This document shows, piece after piece, positions 39,301 to 50,634 of a stretch of DNA of 64,000 nucleotides. This stretch comes from Yuukianura sp. NJ FZ-2021. Taxonomy: Eukaryota. Position 1 is the first letter of the stretch, and the number at the start of each line of letters is the position of its first letter. A model generated the notes under the pieces. That model did no database searches and had not been told where the DNA came from. It worked only from the letters and a program-made list of their open reading frames with translations. Made by a program: the position numbers and the translations under genes. Location of the stretch: assembly GCA_046563655.1 (NCBI GenBank), contig CM102286.1, positions 8,928,001 to 8,992,000 on the forward strand, in the 5' to 3' direction.

Positions 39301-42300
39301 CTTCAAACTTTTTTTTACGCCTAAAACTCCTAACCCAAACTTTATTACACAACTCGCTTCGTCTCTCACCCACGAAACTTTGTTTCATTATAAAACCATA
39401 CAATTTCAGACTAAAAATTCAAAAAATTTAATATAATTTTGTGCTTGACTCTAGGGGAAAAATTTCAAGTTTTTTCCAACTATTATCAAACAAAAATTTA
39501 TTTTTCCACTTTCTCCTTGGGGTCATAAACTGTGAAATTCTTGAATTCGTTTTTTTTTTTGCCAATCGTAATAGACAGATTTCTTTTTTTTAATTCTCAC
39601 ACTGACGAGCTACATATCCACTTTTAAAATTTTAAATTATGTATAACTTAGCTTGATATTTAAAAAAATTATTTTCACAATGTGATACTTTATACTTTCT
39701 CAATTACGACAGAAAATGCCGCCTTTTTTTGTGGATTCAGAAACAAAACCAGTATGATAAATTAGACATTGTTCGGTAGAGATAAATTTTTAGCGGCTTT
39801 TTACCGCAAAGTCAGTCTGCAAGCATAAAAAAATTTATATTCTCTAAAATACTAAACGGTTTTTTTCTAGCGCTACTCTAATACAACATGAAATTGTACA
39901 ATTTTAACAAAGAAATTTGTGTTGAACCTATAAAAAATTGGTTTCTGTATACAGAAATAACTGGTGCACTGAGCTAGTTTTGTATTGTTTGTTACTATCG
40001 ATTAAGTTTGTTTCCAAACCTTAAATTAATTATTGGGAGGTCCCAACCAATCCAAAACTATAACCCAAATTGCTTGGAAAGTTTTTATCAGCACAAAAAG
40101 GTAACCTTCAGCAAAGGAGGTGCCTCTTAAATTTGCAAAATAGCAAACGTTGCAAACAACAAACAACATCCAGACAAAATTGGAAAAAACAGAAAAAGCT
40201 GGGACAAAGGATTAATTGAATTGGGGTTTACTGAATAGCAAAACATTTGACATTTCTTTTGTTGTTGGGAAATTAATAACACTGCCAGCAGTAGTACTCC
40301 AGTTGACGAGAGATTAAAATATTTTTGTTTCTGTTGAATTTATTAAAAGCTGAAGACATTGTCCCTTGTTTCCCTTAAAGTCCATTAATCAATTCTTTTA
40401 ACGCTTCACTGTGACACTGACTTACGACTGAAAGAGGCAGGGTTAGAGCTCTAAGGCCCCTTCCCCTTGAGTAAACACTGGACACGAACTGTGCAACAAA
40501 GCTTACAAGAGACACTTTATCATGGCATCCTAAATAATAATGTTTACCGCTTCACGGCACTTCATAAAAATGAACCATCAAAACCCCCACCAAAAATATT
40601 AAGGACAGTCGAATGTAGGGTTCTGCTATGCGTGACCCGATTCTGAGAACTCTTCAACACAATTACACTTAACATTATTTTTGCACAATTAAACTCGAGC
40701 TTACCATAAGCTTAGGAACACTGTTGTAAACAAGTAGACAAAGACATGTTCGTCAAAGACAATGTGGAACGCTCTGCGTGGGCAAATTTTCATGATTGCA
40801 TGTGTGATAAGTGCTAATGTTAGAAATTAAGGTTAATTTTAATTATTGATTTTAAGTTAAAAACCAGCGCCAGATTTGTTTTGTTATTTTTGAGAAAGAG
40901 GCGCTCGATTTGAAATGGCGTTTTTTCCTGGCGTGTCTTTGAATTGGAATTTTGTGTGTTATGATTTTTAGTAGGATTGTGGATATTAAGAAAAGAAAAA
41001 GGAATTTGGTCAATTGGTTAAATTTTCAGAATAAGTAAAATGAATGTTTCAAAATCAATTCTCGTGACTGCTTCGGTCCAACGAACGAAAATCACTTCTT
41101 CTCGGGGAGAGATTAAGGATTTAACAAATTGGTGACCCTGGCCGGACCAGAAGCGGGTATTCACGGAATCGATCGAAACTGACGGACACTTGGAAATCAC
41201 AGGCTCATCGATTACATTGAAGACTCGACCAACTGTTTACGTCGAGGTCTGTCCTCACCGGACGAGGACTGAAATCGGTGAGAATCGTTCCATTTGTCGA
41301 TTGCTGACTGATTAGTAACAGGTGGTATTTATTTACCTTAAGGATGACCAAGGAAATGGACAAACTGAAGAAACTCAGAGGGGCCGAACGGGGTATTGTG
41401 ACGAGGATGATCGGGACTTTGGAGAATGACTTGAAGGTTAACCCACTTCCAAAACTGAAAATCGAATCAAACCTCCGTGTTTTGAACGTTCACGTTGAAA
41501 AACTGGAAGAACTGGACGAATCGTACAAGTCAGCACTCCTGGATTTGGATTCAACTACAGATGAGGTTTTTGAAACTGAAACAGAATCAATCCTGGAGTA
41601 CACTACGAAGGTAGCGATGATCAGAGTGCAGGTTGAAGCAGTACTGGAGGTACCAACTGTGCCCGTTGCTCCTGGCGTTACCCAAGGTTCGAGCCGAAGT
41701 GGAAGCAGTGGCAGTTTGGGTGAAATGAACAATGTGAAGTTACCGAAGGCTGAATTAAAGAAGTATTCAGGCGAACTTTCAGAGTGGCTTGACTGGTGGT
41801 CATCGTTTGAGAAAATTGACCGTGACACAAGGCTCAACGATGCAGACAAGTTCCACTACCTTGACCAGTGTATGACGAAAGGATCGAAAGCGGCTAAACT
41901 GATTTTGCGGTATCCACACACGGCAGAAAATTACAAGAAGGCGGTGGATGCACTGAAGAAACGGTTTGGTGATCCTGATCTACTGTCGCTGATGTATGTG
42001 CAGGACTTGATCTCCATGGTGACTAACAAGAATAAGGACAGATTTGATCTTGCTTCTCACTTTGATACGGTGGAGACAAAAATTCAACATCTGGAATCAC
42101 TGGGACTTACGGTACGGGAGATGACTGTGTTTCTTTACCCCATGGTAGTAGCCAGTCTCCCAGAAGAAACAGTGATCGCCTGGCAACGTAGTACCAACTA
42201 TGGAAAAGATTGTAGTGAAGAAGACCCACCACAGACAAGGCTCGACTTTTTGCGGATGTTTCTACAAGAGGAAGTGGAACATGCTGAAAGTCGGGTGGTA

Positions 42301-45300
42301 CTTTGTACCAAGAAAACAGACACTGGAAGACGACAGACCCGGGGAAGGGAGCAGAGTCAAGAAGATGACATCCCTACAGCAGCCGGTCTTTTTAGTGGTT
42401 CTAATTCTTGTGTCTTTTGTGATAAAGGTCACGCCAGTCAAGACTGTTTCAAGGCACAGAAGATGACTGACGTGGAACGGAAGGACAAGTTGAAAGAAAA
42501 GGGAGCGTGTTGGGCCTGTCTTCGTACCGGTCACTTGCGGGCAAAGTGTACGATCAGCGTCAGATGCTCTAAATGTGGGAAACGTCACTACAAACTGATG
42601 TGTAATGGAGACGAGAAGAAGAAGCCAGTACCAAAGACTGAGTCGACCTCCACTACACAAACCAATCTGAACTGCACGAACGAAGTTCTACTTAAGACTT
42701 TGATGGTGAAACTGGTGAATCCAGTAAATCAGAAAACGAAGAAGGTGAGAGTATTTATTGATGATGGTTCCCAACGTTCCTATATCCTGTCAGGTACTGC
42801 AAAGGAGTTGGAGTTTGAACCAGTCTCGTCTCTCACCATGAACCATCAAGTATTCGGAGGTGGAACTATTCGTGATGTGAAACACGATACGTTTACCGTA
42901 ACACTCAAGAACATGGACGGTTCATTCTCTACTCAGTTCAACGTCATCGACCAAGATCAAATTTGCGGAATTTTGCCTAGAGCAACACAGGGGTCTTGGA
43001 AGGCGGAGTTGAAGAAGAGAGGAATTTCTGTCAATGATGTGGATTCGTCACACCCTGCCAAAGTTGAAGTGCTCCTCGGAGCGGATGTGGTGGGAAGTCT
43101 ACTTACTGGGAACATAGTGAACGTGAAGAGTGGACTTACCGCAATTGAGACTCAGTTTGGTTGGTGTTTAATGGGGCAATCTCATAATGATTTTTCTTTT
43201 TGTAATCAGGCGACTGTGATGACTGTTTTGTCAATGGGAGTTTCCAGTGCATCAGTGACTGAACTTTGGAACTTGGATACATTGGGAATTCGTGATCCAA
43301 TTGAAATTCAGACGAAAGAAGAACGTGATAAGTTGACATACGACCACTTCATAGAAACTGTACAACGTGATGACAGCGGCCGTTACTCAATTTGTCTCCC
43401 GTGGATTGACAGGGAACTGAAGATTCCGACAAACAGGCTGGTGGCAGAGAAGAGACTAGAGACTACCACCAGGAAATTGAAGTCGCTTGGGAAGCTGGAC
43501 GATTATGGTGCGATCTTCAAAATGTGGGAGAAAGACGGAATCATCTCTCAAATTCGTGATGTTGAAGACGGGGGGAAGGGGAAGATTCATTACTTGCCTC
43601 ATCGTGCGGTGTTAAAATTGGAAAGTAGCACCACACCCATACGACCCGTCTTCGATGCTTCCTGTAAGGTTGGAAGGGCCCCGTCACTGAACGAGTGTTT
43701 GGAAAAAGGGCCCAACTTGTTAGAAGTCATTCCGGCGATCCTTCTGCGATTCCGGATGAAGAACGTTGGTGTTATCTCCGACATCCGTAAAGCCTTCCTT
43801 CAAATTCAAGTTCAGGAGCAAGATCGAGATTCTCTTCGTTTCCTATGGTGGGAAGATCCAGGACAGGAGAAATTGACTGTTTTTCGTCACAATCGTGTCG
43901 TATTTGGAGTGAACAGTTCTCCATTTTTGTTAAGTGCAGTGATTAATTTTCATTTGTCTCAACAGGAGTCACAGCATTTGGACATTGTGAGAGAATTACA
44001 GAAGTCACTCTATGTCGACAATTGTGTTGTGTCTTTGGACTCAGTGGAGTGTTACAAAAAGTTCAAAGCAGAAGCCACAAAGCTTTTGGCAACAGCAAAA
44101 ATGGACTTGACCCAATGGGAATCTACGGGTGATGATGGAGTGACAAGTGTTCTTGGCCTAAAGTGGGACAAGAGAGCAGACACTTTGTTTTGTGCTCCGT
44201 TGAAAGACGAATGTTTATTGCAAGTTACTAAAAGAATTGTTCTTTCTAGAATTCAACAGGTCTTTGATCCACTGGGATTCTTGGCACCTGTCATGATTTT
44301 GCCGAAGCTCCTACTACAAAGGTCATGGATTGAAAATCGAAAGTGGGAGGACGAGGTGAATGAAGAGGCAAAAACAGAATTTTGCGCATGGTGGGAAGAA
44401 TTGTTGCCAGTTCTCGAAACATTCAGACTCCCGAGGAAGTGCACTGGATCAGCCGACGACGAAGGAGAATTTCAACTCCATGTCTTTTCTGACGCAAGTC
44501 AACACGCTTACGCGGCTGTCGTGTATCTTCGGGTGGAAACGACCAACGGGGTGGAAGTTCGTCTAATTCAAGCGAAGTCGCGAGTTGTTCCATTGAAGAA
44601 GACGACTATTCCTCGTTTGGAACTACTCTCATGCGCCATTGCTGCTCGTCTTGCCAATTCTGTGAAGGGGGCGTTGGACATGGAGAAGATTCCCATCCGC
44701 TACTGGACAGACTCGACTACAGCGCTACAATGGATTAGGCGTAGTGACGAGTGGGGGACATTTGTGGGAAATCGCGTAAGAGAAATTGTAAGCCTAACTG
44801 AAGTTTCGACTTGGCATCACGTTCCAGGCCTACTGAACCCGGCAGATCTACCATCCAGAGGAGTCACTCCGAAGAAGTTCAAGGAGATGAAATTCTGGTG
44901 GGAAGGGCCGTCGTGGCTGAAATTGAAAGAAAGTGAATGGCCAAGTGCAGAACCACATGCTGATGAAGATGAAGTTGGACGGGAGAAGAGAAGATCGACC
45001 GTTACACTGGCAGTCAACTCTTCAGTACCAGTGTGGTATACTCCTAAAAATTCCTATTTCGGAAATTTACGTGTTTTCGCCTATGCTCTCAGGTTCGTCG
45101 ACAAGTTGTGGAAAAGAAGTTCTGAAAATAGTCGAGTACCGTCAGCCTGGGAGACTCAGAGGTCCGAGCAAGAAATATGGAAACTTGTTCAATCAGAATC
45201 GTTCTCAAGTGATGTCAGACTGATTGACGGAATCAAAGTTGAGCGGGATGAACTGGGGTTAGTACGAGTACGGACGAAGATTTTAAATCGACAAGACACA

Positions 45301-47590
45301 GAAGATTTTCGTTGCCCGATCCTCGTGCCGAGCTCTCATCCACTCACAGAACAATTGATTATGGACTGGCACAAGATCAACTGTCATGCTGGAGTGCAGT
45401 TCGTTTTGTGTTCTCTTCGCGAAAAGTTCTGGATTTTGAAAGGACGACAAACTGTGAAGAAAGTGCTAAAGAAGTGTGTTAAGTGTCAACGTTTCACTTC
45501 CAAGAACTTTGATGTACCGTCTGCACCTCTACCAGAAAATCGAGTCAAGGACACATGCGCATTTAGTGTTACAGGAGTGGATTTGGCCGGTCCGTTACTT
45601 CTGAAGGCCAAGAGTAAGGTCTGGATCGTCATCTTCACATGCGCTGTGTATCGTGCAGTTCACTTGGAACTGGTGGACAGTTTGTCGACAAATGATTTTG
45701 TTCTTGCCTTCATCCGTTTTTGCAAAAGGAAGACCCGGCCTAGTACAGTCTACAGTGACAACGGTACTAATTTTCATGGTGCCGTTAATCTCTTCAAGCA
45801 AATTGACTGGGCGGAGGTGGAGCAAAGGACAAAGGAACAGCAAATTCAGTGGATCTTCAATCCACCGGCAGCACCTTGGTGGGGTGGATGGTGGGAGCGA
45901 CTTATTCGGTCGCTCAAGGACCTACTCAAGAGGATGCTCGGGTTCCGGAAGTTGAACAAAGTTGAGCTCGAGACCTGCTTGTGTGAAGTAGAGGACACCA
46001 TCAACCACAGGCCGCTGACTTTCGTAACGGAAGATGTACAAGATTTGATCCCCCTAACACCAGCCATGTTTATTCACAATCTTCCGGTAAGTGAGGTTCC
46101 AGAATCTCAAATTGTAACCGGTTCTGATTTCAACAGGAAGAGCAAGAGGCTGGACAAAATGTTGGAGGAGTTACGACAACGTTTTCGTAAGGAGTACTTG
46201 GGACTTCTTGTGCAACGAGGAAAACAGAAAACCAGAGAATTTGTCGTTGGTGACTGCGTCCTGATTGGCAGAGAGGACGTTAAGCGGATCCTTTGGCCAA
46301 TGGGGATAATTGAAGAATTGATCAGTGGAAAAGATGGGGTTCATCGGGTGGCCAAATTGCGGACGAAGAATGGGATTTTGGTTCGCCCACTACAGAGACT
46401 TTTTCCGTTGGAATTTGACCGAGACTACCCGACTGGTGAACTTTCCCTTGACTTGGAACTGGAAATGGCTGCTCAAGACTCGGATGAAGAGGAAGACGTC
46501 GAAACAGAAGATCCGGAGCAACCAGTGATAACGACTACTCGAAGTGGACGCACTGTTCGTAAGCCCGTAAGGTACTGCGACTACTGATAGTTTTAAGCTT
46601 TTTTGAGTTCGTCCTAAATACTAGTTTTAAGTTTTCAGTTCGTCCTAAATACTAGTTTTAAGTTTTCAGTTCATCCTAAATACTAGTTTTAAGTTTTCAG
46701 TTCATCCTAAATACTAGTTTTAAGATTTTCTGATCGACCTAAATTTAATTTTAAGTTTAAAGTTAACGTTTGGGTTTGTTGTTTTCTTTGACTTCCCAGC
46801 CAAAGAAGGTGGGAATGTGTTAGAAATTAAGGTTAATTTTAATTATTGATTTTAAGTTAAAAACCAGCGCCAGATTTGTTTTGTTATTTTTGAGAAAGAG
46901 GCGCTCGATTTGAAATGGCGTTTTTTCCTGGCGTGTCTTTGAATTGGAATTTTGTGTGTTATGATTTTTAGTAGGATTGTGGATATTAAGAAAAGAAAAA
47001 GGAATTTGGTCAATTGGTTAAATTTTCAGAATAAGTAAAATGAATGTTTCAAAATCAATTCTCGTGACTGCTTCGGTCCAACGAACGAAAATCACTTCTT
47101 CTCGGGGAGAGATTAAGGATTTAACAGCTAATGAATAAGTTATTCAATCCCAATTTGGAGTACCGCGTTGCTCATATTATAGTTGACCTTTTGGCCTGCC
47201 GAGCCTTCTGAGAATATTACTGGTTAGTCCATTTCTAAAAGTATGTTTTTTACTTCCCAGAGTCCGGATTCGCCAAACTGCTACTTGGCAGTACTTAGCA
47301 TCCAGAATCTGTCTTCGGAAGACGGAGGAGAGTACATGTTTGTAGCCCGAAATAGCAAAGGGATTCATGAGGGTACGATACTGCTAAATATCACGCAAGC
47401 CAGTTACTCCGTGTCCAGTATTTCGACGGCCACTTCGACGTCGTCCAGAGCTTACAGTGGTCGCTTCTCCTCCTACTCCCGCATCATTACGGCCCATTGC
47501 CTCACGCTCATCCTCCTGTTCATCATCAGTCCACTGGCCATGGGATGTCCAGCACAGCAGCATCCCCAGGCATCAGCATCGCCGTTATGA
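12315..47590 (+). CDS. Five-Ig-domain cell-surface protein (Kirre/NEPH-like ectodomain, short hydrophobic C-terminus), 10 exons
   Basis: GT-AG exons: 12315-12375 (signal peptide MRTKRRTMVFAGLHWMILIL, continued by CHIVLCS), 18819-19325 (LKLKC..ITW..DNGIWQC), 20056-20458 (IQCVVEGGNPPPKITW..VVC), 25261-25383, 28962-29052, 29371-29429, 30433-30516, 30813-31007, 32581-32765, 47261-47590. All phases are consistent except exon 3, which has one extra base at CCCC 20301-20304. Confidence 0.88.
40818..41126 (+). repeat. 5' LTR
   Basis: Direct repeat of 46818-47126 at an offset of exactly 6000 bp. No mismatch seen. Confidence 0.97.
41130..41143 (+). promoter_or_regulatory. Primer-binding site, probably tRNA-Trp
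   Basis: TGGTGACCC lies 3 nt after the LTR and matches the start of the known tRNA-Trp PBS (TGGTGACCCCG...). The same motif occurs in the first BEL element. Confidence 0.75.
41344..46587 (+). CDS. BEL/Pao Gag-Pol polyprotein (gag, zinc knuckles, aspartic protease, RT, RNase H, integrase), 1747 aa
   Basis: Three CX2CX3-4HX4C knuckles, protease FIDDGSQRSY, RT motifs HYLPH / RPVFDAS / SDIRKAFLQI / YVDN, RNase H HVFSDAS...TIPRLELL, integrase GVDLAGP / YSDNGTNF / PWWGGWWERLIR. Confidence 0.98.
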   Translation: MTKEMDKLKKLRGAERGIVTRMIGTLENDLKVNPLPKLKIESNLRVLNVHVEKLEELDESYKSALLDLDSTTDEVFETETESILEYTTKVAMIRVQVEAVLEVPTVPVAPGVTQGSSRSGSSGSLGEMNNVKLPKAELKKYSGELSEWLDWWSSFEKIDRDTRLNDADKFHYLDQCMTKGSKAAKLILRYPHTAENYKKAVDALKKRFGDPDLLSLMYVQDLISMVTNKNKDRFDLASHFDTVETKIQHLESLGLTVREMTVFLYPMVVASLPEETVIAWQRSTNYGKDCSEEDPPQTRLDFLRMFLQEEVEHAESRVVLCTKKTDTGRRQTRGREQSQEDDIPTAAGLFSGSNSCVFCDKGHASQDCFKAQKMTDVERKDKLKEKGACWACLRTGHLRAKCTISVRCSKCGKRHYKLMCNGDEKKKPVPKTESTSTTQTNLNCTNEVLLKTLMVKLVNPVNQKTKKVRVFIDDGSQRSYILSGTAKELEFEPVSSLTMNHQVFGGGTIRDVKHDTFTVTLKNMDGSFSTQFNVIDQDQICGILPRATQGSWKAELKKRGISVNDVDSSHPAKVEVLLGADVVGSLLTGNIVNVKSGLTAIETQFGWCLMGQSHNDFSFCNQATVMTVLSMGVSSASVTELWNLDTLGIRDPIEIQTKEERDKLTYDHFIETVQRDDSGRYSICLPWIDRELKIPTNRLVAEKRLETTTRKLKSLGKLDDYGAIFKMWEKDGIISQIRDVEDGGKGKIHYLPHRAVLKLESSTTPIRPVFDASCKVGRAPSLNECLEKGPNLLEVIPAILLRFRMKNVGVISDIRKAFLQIQVQEQDRDSLRFLWWEDPGQEKLTVFRHNRVVFGVNSSPFLLSAVINFHLSQQESQHLDIVRELQKSLYVDNCVVSLDSVECYKKFKAEATKLLATAKMDLTQWESTGDDGVTSVLGLKWDKRADTLFCAPLKDECLLQVTKRIVLSRIQQVFDPLGFLAPVMILPKLLLQRSWIENRKWEDEVNEEAKTEFCAWWEELLPVLETFRLPRKCTGSADDEGEFQLHVFSDASQHAYAAVVYLRVETTNGVEVRLIQAKSRVVPLKKTTIPRLELLSCAIAARLANSVKGALDMEKIPIRYWTDSTTALQWIRRSDEWGTFVGNRVREIVSLTEVSTWHHVPGLLNPADLPSRGVTPKKFKEMKFWWEGPSWLKLKESEWPSAEPHADEDEVGREKRRSTVTLAVNSSVPVWYTPKNSYFGNLRVFAYALRFVDKLWKRSSENSRVPSAWETQRSEQEIWKLVQSESFSSDVRLIDGIKVERDELGLVRVRTKILNRQDTEDFRCPILVPSSHPLTEQLIMDWHKINCHAGVQFVLCSLREKFWILKGRQTVKKVLKKCVKCQRFTSKNFDVPSAPLPENRVKDTCAFSVTGVDLAGPLLLKAKSKVWIVIFTCAVYRAVHLELVDSLSTNDFVLAFIRFCKRKTRPSTVYSDNGTNFHGAVNLFKQIDWAEVEQRTKEQQIQWIFNPPAAPWWGGWWERLIRSLKDLLKRMLGFRKLNKVELETCLCEVEDTINHRPLTFVTEDVQDLIPLTPAMFIHNLPVSEVPESQIVTGSDFNRKSKRLDKMLEELRQRFRKEYLGLLVQRGKQKTREFVVGDCVLIGREDVKRILWPMGIIEELISGKDGVHRVAKLRTKNGILVRPLQRLFPLEFDRDYPTGELSLDLELEMAAQDSDEEEDVETEDPEQPVITTTRSGRTVRKPVRYCDY
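46590..46755 (+). repeat. 31-bp tandem repeat in the retrotransposon 3' UTR
   Basis: About 4-5 copies of TTTCAGTTC(G/A)TCCTAAATACTAGTTTTAAGT immediately after the stop codon. Confidence 0.9.
46818..47126 (+). repeat. 3' LTR
   Basis: Direct repeat of 40818-41126, preceded by the PPT and followed by the TSD. Confidence 0.97.
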
Positions 47591-50500
47591 CTTTCTCCCC
47601 AAACCCTAACCTAACATTTCCCTTCTGCATCACTGCCACCACTACTTCTTGTGCGAATCGACTCTCCCTTCCTCAAGGACAACTTCAACAGGCCCCACCA
47701 CAGGGAAGGAAAACAAACCAAATCGATTTTTGTTAACCTAATCAAAGAATAACACTAAAAGGGGAAAAACTCCAGTGGAATTTATATTCAATACGGAAAC
47801 AAGGCACTACAGGAGCTCATCAAATGAAAAGTGATTGTTTGTGGAGGAAAACTTAATCCTAGTGTTAAACATTGTGGTTACACATAATGTTACGAAGGTT
47901 TCACTTTCGGTCTTAACTTGAAACATTGTCGCGAAGGAAAAACGATTACGTATTCTTAAAATACGTTACAATTAAAAATTTATGAAGATGAACCTATCAG
48001 TTTCCAAATTCAAGCCAACAAATAAAATGAACTTGTTTTCCAAAATTATTCTACAAATGGTTTTACAGAAATTAGACAAGTATATGCATCCTTCGACAGT
48101 CGCCACATCGAGTACGACAAAGGTGGCAGTATTTCTGTTTTGTATACATAACACACGCAACCTGATAGGAAGAAATTGGGTAAAGGGCAGTGGAGCATCA
48201 TTGACATTAGAAGTAAGTCAAAGCCAAATTAAGTATGTTACACAATATACGCATTACACTGTACGCATTAAATCCGCAGCTACATCATCAAACCATTGGT
48301 AAGTATTTATTATTTTATGGTCAATGATTGACAATGAATTTTAAATTCTATCTAGGCTTGGATTCTAATCGTTTCCGCAAACAATGCGAGTTTTAACAAC
48401 TTCGAATCAAAAATTTGGTGGAAAGAAAGAAAAGACCGCGTGTTTGAACACCTTGACATTACAAATGTTGAAAATGACTCTTTTCAGATGTTGTTTAGTT
48501 TATTATAAAAATTTGAATCTCAATTCCAATTTCAACTTGCCTTCCAAAACGCTTATGAAAATGCTGAAAGCGCTGAAAACTGGAACACGAATTGCTATCC
48601 AGTAATTGCAACAATACCCTGAATTGGATATTCAACGAAACAAAACTTTGTGGACCTTTGATTCATTGGGATTCAAATGGAATCATCGGCCTTATACAAA
48701 AACGGGATGGAAGTATCGTGGCATTGTTTCAAACGAAAGATAAAAGAAACAAATTATTGAAAATATTTTTTGCGGAGAAATTTTTGTGACGTAAATAAAA
48801 TATTAAATCACTTTAGAATGAACCTTTATCTTTAAAATTTCAACAAATGCTTTGTTGGGCGTGAACCTTTCAGTTTAAAATTACAAAAGTTTAATTTAGA
48901 TTTAATCGGATAATGTCAGTTGTTCACCTTCTGTCAGTAGTATATGATTTTGATAATATCACACGAACCTTTCGAGGAAAAAAATTGGAAACATTAAGTT
49001 CCACTCTCTACTTTTTTCCCCCAGTTTATCGTACGTTCAACACCGTCTAAAAGTAAAATTAATCCATCCATTTGTCAATAGTTATGTCATCTATAATTAA
49101 ATTAAACTTTTTAAATTTGCCTTCCGGAAAATCTTCAAAGAGGGGTACTGAAAAAACCAGAAAAAACGCCTGTTACTCCCCGGAAGAATTTTTAAACTTT
49201 AAGCTTTTTGAACATCTCCGAGAAACGACATGATTGAATCGAAAGAAAATTTCGAAGGTCATTAGGGCTTATTTTGAAGTTACATGTCAAATTTTATCAA
49301 AATCCAAAATAACCATGTCGGGCCTATTTCTGGTTAGAAACCTCGCTCTCTCTCAATTACGCAATGGTTAAATTTTTCTAAGGAGCACAGCGAGATGTAC
49401 AGAGATGTATTATTGAAATATTAATGGACGATTTTTTCGGATAATGAGCAGTCGCTTAATTGGTTCTCCTTTTCACTCGATTTCATTTCCAACTGGGAAT
49501 ATTATTTCATATTTATTGAAAGTAAACTTTGCAATATATTGGACTTACACTCTTAGTGAGTAAAGAAGTGAATTGTTTAACCTTACGAAAATGTGCGTTA
49601 CAAGTGTTGTTGATTTACCCATGATCTTCAAAGTGGAATTGAGAGCAAGAGGCCAGGGCTTGATGACGAAGAAACCAAAATTCAGTAAATTCTGGAAAAG
49701 GCTCTGACGCACTGGAAGAATAACCTCTAATTTAGGTAATGTGCAAATTTTATTACAATTAAGTATTTTGCTAGATTGAACTAGACCTTCATTCATACCA
49801 ACAAGCACGTGTCTTCTTTTTGTAGTTTGTTATTTCCCTGTTACTCACAAAGCAAATGGAGGAAGTCAGCTATACATCAACGCCTATTCCCAATATGTAC
49901 TTCTTCCCGCTTAAATTTGTTTCTTCTTGTTCAACCCCAACAATGCTGGAGATTTGGGATGACGCGCAAGAGACGTCAGTAAAAACGAAGTAGCGATTTT
50001 AGTTGACTTAACTTAGGTATACTGGTATTTCCTACGATCTTTGAAAATATAAATAGAAATGTCCTAAAATATTGATACAGTTGATATTTTTGTAACTGAT
50101 TGTAAACATTGTTTTAACTTAGACACAGAATATTTCTGCTATGGAATCGCTTTTTGATTGCTTGAAAGCAATTCCCTCAAGTGTACAATTTTTGAAGCCA
50201 AGAGTCTTAATATCCGCAGCCGTAATTACGTTACTTGCCCAAAGTTCGAGAGAAGCTAAGGCTAATGGAATCACAAACCGTGAGCTTTCAACCGCATAAT
50301 CAAATTTTGGTGGAACCATGTCCCCTTTTCCACCAGCAGTACAAGTTGTCATCGGAAATAGTCCAAGGCAATACATCACAGTAGTACAGAGCGGGTTTTT
50401 CATAAATCTAAAAACTAAATTACTCGGAAGCGAAATTGGCTTCACCCGATCTTGTACACTCCAAAATACAAAAGCAGTTTTCTTGAACCGCTCTGCATTT

Positions 50501-50634
50501 TTTAAGAGAGACCTTTGTTTACCTTTAAAACTCAATTAAAATTTTACCGTTATGAAGTCATAAGGTTCTTATGATTTAATTTTGATTTCAAAATTCAAAG
50601 GTAATTGAAATCAAATTTCTTTGATCTTCTGTAG

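Larger units (their letters stand above)
40818..47126 (+). mobile_element. Full-length BEL/Pao LTR retrotransposon (6309 bp), intronic
   Basis: 309-bp LTRs TGTT...AACA at 40818-41126 and 46818-47126. TSD GCTAA (40813-40817, 47127-47131). PBS at 41130, PPT AAAGAAGGTGGGAA (46802-46815), one long ORF. Confidence 0.98.

Noticed and set aside
12400..40800. Many 60-130 aa ORFs in the Ig-gene introns
   Set aside because: AT-rich, F/K/L-biased, often with non-ATG starts and no domains. Only the segments used as Ig exons are supported.
41490..46528. Short antisense and alternate-frame ORFs within the BEL polyprotein (also those within 2-1915)
   Set aside because: Shadow ORFs of the real gag-pol frames.
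47982..48789. Possible decayed coding exons with a GTAAGT...TAG intron (~48299-48355)
   Set aside because: Multiple stops and no recognisable family. At most an old pseudogene.
49545..50535. Minus-strand ORFs (87 and 138 aa), or the missing first exon of the protease
   Set aside because: No recognisable motif, convincing signal peptide or consistent splice model.
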